DNA of 22,209 bases from Candidatus Bathyarchaeota archaeon (GTDB taxonomy: Archaea > Thermoproteota > Bathyarchaeia > Bathyarchaeales > Bathycorpusculaceae), in the NCBI GenBank assembly GCA_963780185.1, contig CAWABA010000008.1, positions 1-22,209 on the forward strand, written 5' to 3'. The stretch's first letter is position 1. Every line of letters starts with the position of its first letter. A program made the translations under genes and the position numbers. This document shows positions 1 through 7,835 of the stretch, piece after piece. Below the pieces are notes generated by a model, which had not been told where the DNA came from, searched no databases, and worked only from the letters and a program-made list of their open reading frames with translations.

Positions 1-83
1 GAATTCATGACAGATTCGTCCATGACCCAAAGGTTGTTGACGGAAAACAAGAATTTTGGTTCAAGCTGATAAAAACGTTGGAT

Positions 84-1230
84 TTATCTAATTCCGAATT
101 TTTCAGCCCATTCTTCGTTTAACTTTACTTCGTCGCCTGAAACCGAAGCTTTTCTGACTTGCAGCGCGTTACGAAGTCGCTTCTGGTTACGGGTCTTGGG
201 ATGCCGCTGTCAAGGTTGTTCTGCTGGTTAAGCTCATGGATCGGGATGTACCATGCGTCAATGCAGACTTTTTTGATGTCGTCGCCGCTGAAGCCTTCGC
301 TGAGTGTCGCAAGTTCATGCATGTTTACGTCGTCTGCAAGCTTGAGGTTAGGCATTTTCCGAAGAGAAATCTTGAACATTTCTTCCCGGGCATCCAAGTC
401 GGGCAGCGGAATCATTATGCGTTTGTCGAAGCGCCGAAGCATCGCAGAGTCAAGGCTCCACGGGCGGTTAGTGGCTCCCAACACAACTATTCTGTCGTCT
501 GCTTTACCCACTATGCCATCCATCATCTGAAGCATCTGTGTTAGAACCCGAGTAGAAACCGCAGATTCCTCGCCGGTTCTCTCCATCGCCCAGCGAGTCA
601 ACTTCATCAATGAAAATTATCGAGGGCTGATTTTTCCGCGCCGACTCAAACAACCCTTTGATGCGTTGCTCCGAGTCGCCGACCCATTTGATCATGACGT
701 CGGCGGCGCTTACGCTGAAGAAGGTGGCGTTGCATTCGGATGCGGCTGCTTTTGCAATCAGGGTTTTTCCGCAGCCCGGCGGACCAAACAGCAGAATCCC
801 TTTCCATGTTGGCATGCCTTTGAACAGGTCAACTCTGCGAAGGGGCAGAATAATTGCGTCTTCGATGGCTTGCTTAGCCGTCTGGAGGCCCGCGATGTCA
901 TCCCAGGAAACGTTGGGTTTCTCAGGCAAAATCATGGAGGAAACTTTGGATTGCAGCTCTTCCTCGTCTTTGTTGTCTTCTTTTGCTTGTCGCAGTTGGC
1001 GGAGGTCTTTTCGCGATGGATTTCAGTTGGTAGGCCCGCGAAAGGTATTGTTCGGCTCTTTCGGTGTAGAAGGTTTTCAACTGTTTATTGTCGGTGTATC
1101 GCACAACGGACATAAGCAGATCGAATGCCTGCAGGTACTTGCTGACTGCCTGCTCGGTTTTTCCTTCTGAATCGCATTTTGCGGCTTCGTTAGCTGCGTT
1201 CACTGCTAAATTGTACAGGGACGAGGACAA
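84..1230 (-). CDS. vps4: Vps4/CdvC-type MIT + AAA+ ATPase (~380 aa; apparent 1-nt frameshifts near 985, 590 and 170)
   Basis: Joined frames: MIT (AVNAANEAAKCDSEGKTEQAVSKYLQAFDLL...YTERAEQYLSRAYQLK); linker KDEEELQSKVSSMILPEKPNVSWDDIAGL; Walker A GPPGCGKT; pore loop KWVGDSE; Walker B IIFIDEVD; ATNRPW; LRRFDKRI; and, in another frame, the Vps4 C-terminal helix ALQVRKASVSGDEVKLNEEWAEKFGIR* ending at TAA 84-86. TTG start preceded by GGTG. Confidence 0.93.
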
Positions 1231-1264
1231 GAGCCGGCACCCATTAGCTTTAAGCTAACTCTTT

Positions 1265-1350
1265 GGGCATATAATAAATTTGTGAAACACTGGGGCAACT
1301 TAGCGCAAGCAGAAGTGCTGAGTTAGGGCAAGTTTTTTATCTTTAAGCCA
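1265..1350. promoter_or_regulatory. Divergent archaeal promoter region between vps4 and the ESCRT-III operon
   Basis: Minus-strand TTTATTATAT (~1269-1278) upstream of vps4; plus-strand TTTTTTATCTTTAAG (~1333-1347) about 20-35 nt before ATG 1369. Confidence 0.45.
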
Positions 1351-1368
1351 CCAACAATACGGTACGAG

Positions 1369-2002
1369 ATGTCACATATGCCAATAGGTGAAAAAATAAG
1401 GAACTTCGTGAAGGGCCCGCCGCTTGAAGACTTAGTCATCGACCTCAAAATGTACAACAAAGAAATCGGGCGGACACGGGACCAATACAAGAACAGGTCA
1501 ACCGCCATGTATGACCAAGCTAAAGAATGCTTGATTAAAGGTGACGATCACAGGGCAAAAATGTATGCTCAACAGTACATGAGCTGTGACAGGACAGCTT
1601 TTTCACTTGACATGTTCGTCATAAACATGGACAACCTAATCTTCGACCTTAACAATGCACAGTCAGTTGAAAACATCGGGTTAAGCCTCGGCAAAATAAG
1701 CAAATGCCTCGACAAACTAAACCTGCTTAAACAACGCGGCGTAGGCAAAGTCATGGGCAGAGTAAGCAGCCAAATGGAGAAAATCGGCTTCAAAACCGGA
1801 CAAATCTTTGACCAACTGAAAGATTACGAACCCTTCAACATTGAACCCGGCTCAGCGAAAGACCTAGACAAAAGTCATGGATAAAATGGTAAGCGAAGTC
1901 ATCGCTGAAGGACCAGCGTCAGGATTGCCCGAAGCAAAACTCACTGAGTTGCAAGCAGAAGAGGCAAGGCGTAAAAGGATCCAGCGCGGAAAGCACAAAT
2001 AG
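1369..2002 (+). CDS. ESCRT-III (Snf7-fold) protein, Vps2/24/46 (CHMP1-3)-like class, ~210 aa; one extra A at 1870-1873
   Basis: Helical hairpin with AKECLIKGDDHRAKMYAQQ, resembling the K-G-N/D-x-x-x-A-R/K-I-Y-A motif of Did2/CHMP1/CdvB. The +1 frame continues DKVMDKMVSEVIAEGPASGLPEAKLTELQAEEARRKRIQRGKHK* to TAG 2000-2002. Divergent from vps4. Confidence 0.82.
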
Positions 2003-2017
2003 TTTGAGGCGGTTGCT

Positions 2018-2614
2018 CTGTTCAAATCTAAGGATGATAACAAAAGAGATCTGTTGGATGCTTTAGATTTAGAAATAGAGGAACACACCAAGAAAAGCAG
2101 GGCACTAAAAGAGGAAAGCGCTAAAAACAAGGAAAAAGCCGCTGAGCTTGCTGAAGAAGACATGGATGACGCGGCGAAACGTCGGCTCGCAGTCTATTTG
2201 CTGTGTAGACAGTTGAGGACTAGAGAGGAAACGGTGATGGCTGATTTGGATGCGGCGCGGCTTCAGGTTATTATGCAGCCGGAGCACCTGACTTCTCAAA
2301 CAATCGACAAAGTCAACAAAGCACTTAAGGAGTCGGCGACTGAAAAAGACAAAACCGCGCAGGCATTCAACCGAATGTCATTCATAACCCAAGTGGGCAT
2401 GGAGCAGTCAGCAAGCGAACTTGAAGACTTCGGAATCCACCAGAAAAGCATAAACGAAGAATTTGAAAAACTCAAGGGAAAACAGGAGCCACCCGCTCCC
2501 AAAGCAAAGCCTCAGCCAATCGGCGAAAACGAGTTGCCCGAAGTCCCCGCCAAAGAGCCAGAGAAAAAGCAGGCGACGGAGGAAGAAAGGATTCCTGAAA
2601 AAGGTTTTAGCTAA
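2018..2614 (+). CDS. ESCRT-III protein, Vps20/32/60 (CHMP4-6)-like class, with a C-terminal MIM2 motif
   Basis: Charged helical protein (KEKAAELAEEDMDDAAKRRLAVY...ADLDAARLQV...SINEEFEKL), then a Pro-rich tail containing ELPEVP (2531-2548). Frame is open back to 2003; GAGG at ~2006 suggests a start near CTG 2018 (FKSKDDNK), while the ORF track starts at TTG 2054. Confidence 0.72.
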   Translation: MFKSKDDNKRDLLDALDLEIEEHTKKSRALKEESAKNKEKAAELAEEDMDDAAKRRLAVYLLCRQLRTREETVMADLDAARLQVIMQPEHLTSQTIDKVNKALKESATEKDKTAQAFNRMSFITQVGMEQSASELEDFGIHQKSINEEFEKLKGKQEPPAPKAKPQPIGENELPEVPAKEPEKKQATEEERIPEKGFS

Positions 2615-2615
2615 A

Positions 2616-3100
2616 TTGAGCGAGAACCTGACTGGCTCGAAAAACCATGGGTCTACACCAAACCCAAAGGTGAAGAAGCAGTTGCAAAGTGGAGAGAAAA
2701 CTGGAGTCGATTACGTTTTAGCGTTCGCGGAAAAAAAAAACATTTACGCGATAAGCCGGTTCGGATCTGCACCGCGAAAGCCCATTTCTGCAAACTCGAC
2801 CAAGCATCATTCGAGGACATAGTTGACTGCTTAATCACAGTAAACAGGCGAAGTGGCGAAGCAAACGTGGAAAAATGCTGGTGATATGCTGGCGTTCCCT
2901 GACAAGTGGGCGGACTTGACGGTTCAATTGGCAAAAGAAAAGAAGCAGCCGATAATCAACGGATCAAACGGACTCGTCGAATTGCATCCGCAAACCGATG
3001 CTTGCCAGAGAAAGAGCAGCAGCAAATCCTCAAACTCATCGTGAAGAAGAAAGCGGGTCACTGGGTTGACAAGAAAAAACTGGCTTTGCGGCTGAATTAA
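2616..3100 (+). CDS. vps25: ESCRT-II Vps25-like tandem winged-helix protein (~160 aa; several frameshifts, not intact in the ORF track)
   Basis: Joined frames: EPDWLEKPWVYTKPKGEEAVAKWRENW-DYVLAFAEKKNIYAIS-DLHRE-PFCKLDQASFEDIVDCLI-SKQAKWRSKRGKMLVICWRS-DKWADLTVQLAKE...LPEKEQQQILKLIVKKKAGHWVDKKKLALRLN*. This follows the Vps25 pattern WxxxVLxF / PF...L / W......IxWRxxxxW. Confidence 0.8.
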
Positions 3101-3104
3101 GTTT

Positions 3105-3728
3105 TTACGCGAGTTTCGTCGGCTCAGTAATTCCAGTCAAATCGATTGAAATTAAGTCAAGCCCAAGCCTGTACAGTTCGTTGAACAGTCGGGGCCTGAC
3201 TTGTTGGCTAATGAGTTCTTCCCGGTCGATCAGCAGGAACTCCTTGAAAGTCATGTTTTTCGCAATGTCGCGGAAAACGCTGAAACCAGCGGTCCCTCCC
3301 TAAGCCACTCCACCAGTTGTTCCCGAGTGAAACTGTTTTTGCCGCCACCACACGGGAAATGAATTGGGCGACGTTTTTCTCCATGTCCCCGTTTACCCTA
3401 AGCGTCGATCGTTCCGCTAAGCCCGATTTGGTAGCCGTCTTTCGTTATGGGACCGTGGTTTTTGGGGATTCCGAAGGCTTCCTGCCGCGGGCTAATATCA
3501 ACCCAGATTATTTCGTTGGTTCCTTTGGCAGCAGATGTTTTCCCGAAGAGCGAACACTCTCCATCGTGCCGCCCTTGTAAAAAATGGCTTTCTCAAATTC
3601 CTTGACGACGACTGCGCTTACGCCGCTTATCTTCGGGATATTTTTCGTTTGGGACATGCCAAATCAGCTCAGACGGAACGCGTCGGATTGCGTTCCCAAC
3701 TGACCACTTTTTTTCTGAACGGGCACAT
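3105..3728 (-). CDS. SPFH/Band-7 domain protein, YdjI-like (~205 aa; several frameshifts, missed by the ORF track)
   Basis: Joined frames: MCPFRKKVVSWER...PSELIWHVPNEKYPED-SGVSAVVVKEFEKAIFYKGG...GKHLLPK-TNEIIWVDISPRQEAFGIPKNHGPITKDGYQIGLSGT-TLRVNGD...FISRVV-GKNSFTREQLVEWLREGPLVSAF-RDIAKNMTFKEFLLIDREELISQQVRPRLFNELYRLGLDLISIDLTGITEPTKLA*. ATG at 3728, TAA at 3105-3107. Confidence 0.75.
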
Positions 3729-3829
3729 ACGGTAACCTACTTATGCTTGTATTAATCATTAATGGAAATTGCTTCAACAGGGTAACTTGTAACGTAGGGT
3801 TTAAGCCGCGGCTGTTTCCCGTCCGCCGT

Positions 3830-4923
3830 CTAGACACGCTAAATTTGCTTGGGAAATACCACCGTGTGATTGAGTCGTCGCCGATGACGCGCTTCGAAGT
3901 CTCAGTTTTCTCCATGTTACAGAGCACTCGCCGCGAATAGTCAACGGACCAGCCGTTGAGTAACGCAAGTTCTTCAGCCGTAACGCCGCCTTTTTGAAGC
4001 TTCACGTCTTTATCGACGATTTCTAGGGCTTTGCGGTCATCCAGCTTGAAAATCACGATTTTGTTTCCGTCAGGTTCACGTTCCACCCCTGAAATCCACC
4101 CGTCCTTCTGCAGCAAACTCAGGGATTTCTCCATGTCTTCCAACTGTATGCTGGTTAAGTCGGGATTGAGGTTTCGGTACTCGGCGAAGAACTCTTTAAG
4201 CCCAATGTAGGGTCCTTTCTGCTCTTCGATGGCGCGCGCCGCCAGCAGGGTTCGCACCCCGATTTTGCGGTAGTACTGCCCATGCTTGAGGGGGCTTTTC
4301 TTTTCGCTGTCCACAGACAACGCATACAAGCCACGCTTTTCACGGCTTTGTACATGTCTGGGTTTTCAGTCTCCAGAATCCGCAGAAGCTGGTTAAGAGG
4401 AACCTCAACGGCTAAAGAGCGGATGTGGGCGACGCGGTCGATATTGCGGAACTCATCCGTAAGCTTCGTGAGGAAAGCAAGTGCCGCTTCACTGTTGGGT
4501 TCAGCGCCAGCGGGGAACATGTCTCTTGTAGCTTCACTGACCGCGAAACATTTGGTAAGCAGAAGCGAATCAATGTACGCCAGCCCCTTTGGGTCCGTGT
4601 TCTTTTTGATTTCGAAATGCTGCGAGAACGTGATTGAGTCCCTCAGCCGCTCAAGAGCCTCCCTGCAGCTATGCAGCTTAGCTAAGAAGCTCTTTGTCGC
4701 CGCCTCGAAAAGCCACGTTTATGGCGAACGAGAGTTCTTGGTCGAGGCTGCTGATTTCGGAGACGGCTTGCACGATGGTGGCTTTGTCGTAGGTTTCCAG
4801 TTCTTTGGCGTTGGTCGGCATCCCGACCAGGTAGGCGCCAGCTTTCGTTGCGGCTTTTGTTGAGACGCTTATGGCGGCGCTTTGCCCCAACTGTTGAGCC
4901 CACCATGCAAGAGCAGCAATCAT
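3830..4923 (-). CDS. ESCRT-II Vps22/Vps36-like (EAP30 domain) protein with a ~190-aa N-terminal helical domain (~360 aa; frameshifts near 4680 and 4330, probably also near 3835)
   Basis: Track ORFs 4678-4923, 4155-4520 and 3664-4329 join into one protein. C-terminal half YYRKIGVRTLLAARAIEEQKGPYIGLKEFF...IQLEDMEKSLSLLQKDG...GGVTAEELALLNGWSVDYSRRVLCNMEK...TRWYFPSKF matches the EAP30 double winged helix. Likely stop is TAG 3830-3832, one indel out of frame. Confidence 0.78.
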
Positions 4924-5102
4924 GGCGTTTTCACATCAGGTAACTTGGGGAGTACCCCTTTTAAGGTTTAGTGTCAATCGACCGCTGGCAGAAGGCGGAG
5001 AAAGTTTTCTGGTCTCTGGAGGGGCTGAAGCGGACGCATGAATGTATGAAAAAGCATTTATGCGCTTAGACATCACACATAGTAGCATTTGGGGTTGCGG
5101 TA

Positions 5103-7272
5103 TTGATAATCAAAAGCATCAGCGACATGGCTAAACAGATGAATGTTGATGAGTCAGCCGTGTACAACGAGTTAGACCCAGTCATAGCCCGCCTGCAAAA
5201 CACAGGAGCCAAATACTTCCTCAGTCGGCAGCCAAACGGCGGCGGCAAACTGCTAATTGTAACGGCGGGGGACATCGCGTATGTTTTGTCAGGCGCCAAC
5301 ATGCGTTCGCTTATGGATTTGGGGACTCATTTCAGCGTCACCGCAGGCGACGTGGCTTGGCTGCTAAGAGAGCTGGTTGCCAGCGGCGCAGTCGGCGTTG
5401 AAGTTCAAGATTACTACATGAACGCGAAGAACAGGCCGTCGGTTAAAGCGTGGTTTGAGCCTGAAGCGGTGATAGTCGGCGAAAAAGCCACCTTAAACAT
5501 CGAAGTTAACAGTCCATGCGAAGTCCTCGAACCCAAAATCACTGTTGAGGCGCCGTCGGGGCTAGAGCTTGAAGAGGAACCTAAGACGCCGTCGAAGATT
5601 TTCAAGGGCACATTCATGGAGAAATACGAGTTCGCCGCCAACGCTTACGGAGACCTCAAAGTAGGCGGAGGCCTGGGCGGAACCGTGGACGGCGTCGAAT
5701 TCGACAACCCCTTCTACTCTGTACTCAAGGTGCTGCCGCTGCCTCCGCAGACTGGTGGTTTCGCAGAGCAAAAGCAGCTACGAAGCAACCTATCAGGGGT
5801 CGTTTAGGCTGACGCTTGACATCGCCAACAGCGGAGCTGGAGCCGCCCAAAACGTGGAACTTAAAGGCTTAGAGAACCACCCAGAGTTTGAAGTTTGGGA
5901 AACCACCAAGATAGGCAACATCTCATCGCATGGAAGCGTCAAACACATGATAGCGCTTAAGCCCAAGAAAAGCGGCATCTTCCAGCTGCAGGACCTCTCC
6001 GTGAGCTTTGAAGACCTCGCAGGGAAACCGTTCAGCACAGCTATTCCCAGCTTTGAAGTGCAGGTGACTACGCCGCAGCCTAAACTCAAAGTGGAATTCA
6101 TCTACCCCGAAGTCATCGACCAAAAACGGGTTTTCCCGCTTACCCTCAAAATCAGCAACGTCGGCGACGGCGACGCCAAAAACGTCACGTTCACGTTGCC
6201 CATCGACCACAAGTACATACAGTCAGGCATCGTCGACTGCAACATACCAAAACTGAAAAGCAACCAAACCGAAGAACTCATCGTTAGACTGCAGGCACCT
6301 GAAAGAGATGTGCTGGAAGTCCCCGACTTAAACGTTGAATACGACGACAACGAAGACAACACAATCGCCCAAAAAGTGTTCGGCGCCGTGATTCCTATCC
6401 GCGCCTCAAAAACAGCGGAGAAACCTGTGGTCAGAGACGAGTTTTCCAAGTTGCAGTGGCCGTTCACCCAGAACGCACGCGTCGGCGGGCAATACGACAT
6501 CGTGGAGGAAATCGGCGAAGGAGGATTCGCCAAAGTCTACCGTGTCAGACGCCTCAAATTCAACGAGGAATGGGCGCTGAAAGCGCTGAAGCTGGATTAC
6601 GTGACGGTGCCCTCTGTGGAGGAAAGCTTCGTGGAGGAGGCAAGAATCTCGCAGAAGCTGCGGGAAGACCACATCGTCGGCGTTCAATACGTGGATGTCC
6701 AATGCGTAGGCGACGTCGAGTTCCCCTACATCATAATGGAGTACATCCGAGGCGGCACGCTTAAGGACAAGCTTAAGGAGCCGCTGGACCTTATGACCTG
6801 CGCCGAAATCATGAAGGACATGTGCAGCGCGCTGCTCTACGCGCACCAGCAAGGCGTCATACACTTTGACGTTAAACCCTCCAACATCTTCTACGACGAC
6901 GACAAACAATTCTGGAAACTCGGCGACTTCGGCTTAGCCAAATACATAACGACCAGCAACAACATTTCCCCGCGGGGCAGCCTACCCTACATGGCGCCCG
7001 AGGTGAAGCAGAGGCGGGGAACATCCAAAAGCGACATTTACTCGCTGGGACGGGTCTGCGCAGAAATCCTCACGGGAAGCCCAGACGGCGACGTCTCCAA
7101 AGCCGACAAAAGCTACCCGCGGGAAGCCCAGCAGAAAGTACGCGAGTTCACAGGCATCGTACAGAAAATGTTGAACCCCAACCCAGCCGAGCGCCCGACC
7201 ATCGTTGAAATACAAAAGGTGTTCCTTAAGTCAACCACTTGGTCAAGCAACGAAAAAAGAAGAGCGATCTGA
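5103..7272 (+). CDS. Hanks-type Ser/Thr kinase with N-terminal winged-helix (PCI-like) region and three Ig-like (CARDB/BatD-type) domains (~720 aa; frameshift near 5750)
   Basis: Kinase motifs GEGGFAKV, ALK, HFDVKPSN, DFG, GSLPYMAPE, DIYSLG, RPT. Ig repeats LTLDIANSGAGAAQNV and LTLKISNVGDGDAKNV. ORFs 5103-5807 and 5755-7272 join at ...VLPLPP-LVVSQS...; no signal peptide or TM helix seen. Confidence 0.88.
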
Positions 7273-7278
7273 TAAAAG

Positions 7279-7821
7279 TTGACTGACACCTTCACATTGA
7301 GAAAACGGCAGACCACCTGCAGCGAATGCTCAAGCGAAATAGAAATCCCCATAACCTCAACAGCCACACGCATCAAATGCAAATGCGGCGTAGTCTACGA
7401 GTACAACCCTGCCGTAGAGCTTCTGCCCTACTTGATGTTGCAGGAGGAAAACAAGCCGCCGTCCGAGTACCGTTTAACGGCAAGCGTGAAAATCGGGCGG
7501 GAAGACAACAGCGACTACCTCACCATAACCAGCCAAGATGACCCCTCCATAAAACAGAAGTTTTACATAAGAAACTGCTACGTCTCCCGAAACCACGCGA
7601 AAATAGCCGTAGAGGACCAGTTCACCCTCCAAAAGCAGGGCGGCGCCAAGATACTGTTAAAAAAGAAATGCATGCTGGAAGACTGCGGCAGCACAAACGG
7701 CACCTCCGTGAACGACCACCTCCTCAAACCCCGCGAGCCAAAAGAGCTTAAACACAACGACCGCATCACGTTGGCGCCCAACAGCAACTTCCCAATGATA
7801 ATCGCCTTCAAAGAACGCTGA
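7279..7821 (+). CDS. Zn-ribbon + FHA (phosphothreonine-binding) domain protein
   Basis: N-terminal CSEC...CKC; FHA signatures IGR, VSRNHA and LEDCGSTNGTSVN; starts 6 nt after the kinase stop. Confidence 0.9.
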   Translation: MTDTFTLRKRQTTCSECSSEIEIPITSTATRIKCKCGVVYEYNPAVELLPYLMLQEENKPPSEYRLTASVKIGREDNSDYLTITSQDDPSIKQKFYIRNCYVSRNHAKIAVEDQFTLQKQGGAKILLKKKCMLEDCGSTNGTSVNDHLLKPREPKELKHNDRITLAPNSNFPMIIAFKER

Positions 7822-7835
7822 AAACCGCGCCGCCG

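Noticed and set aside
1-83. Possible 3' end of a plus-strand gene (...IHDRFVHDPKVVDGKQEFWFK...) converging on vps4
   Set aside because: Too short and in an indel-rich zone to assign. The upstream sequence should still be retrieved in case it encodes ESCRT-I or ubiquitin components.
159-1170. Plus-strand ORFs 159-530, 236-544, 658-1170 and 666-1115
   Set aside because: Antisense shadows of vps4 with no motifs of their own.
1874-2614. The two ESCRT-III genes share a frame separated by one TAG (2000-2002), suggesting readthrough or pyrrolysine fusion
   Set aside because: A shared frame has a 1-in-3 chance; a GAGG RBS follows the stop; each protein looks complete; no pyl genes are in the window.
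3317-3735. Plus-strand ORFs 3317-3580 and 3535-3735
   Set aside because: Antisense to the reconstructed SPFH gene, which has recognisable motifs.
3664-3829. C-terminal extension of track ORF 3664-4329
   Set aside because: EAP30 homology ends at WYFPSKF; the extension crosses an AT-rich intergenic stretch and overlaps the SPFH start, so it is probably an indel artefact.
84-5800. Programmed ribosomal frameshifting as the cause of the split genes
   Set aside because: Too many shifts, in both directions, with no consistent slippery sequence or downstream structure.
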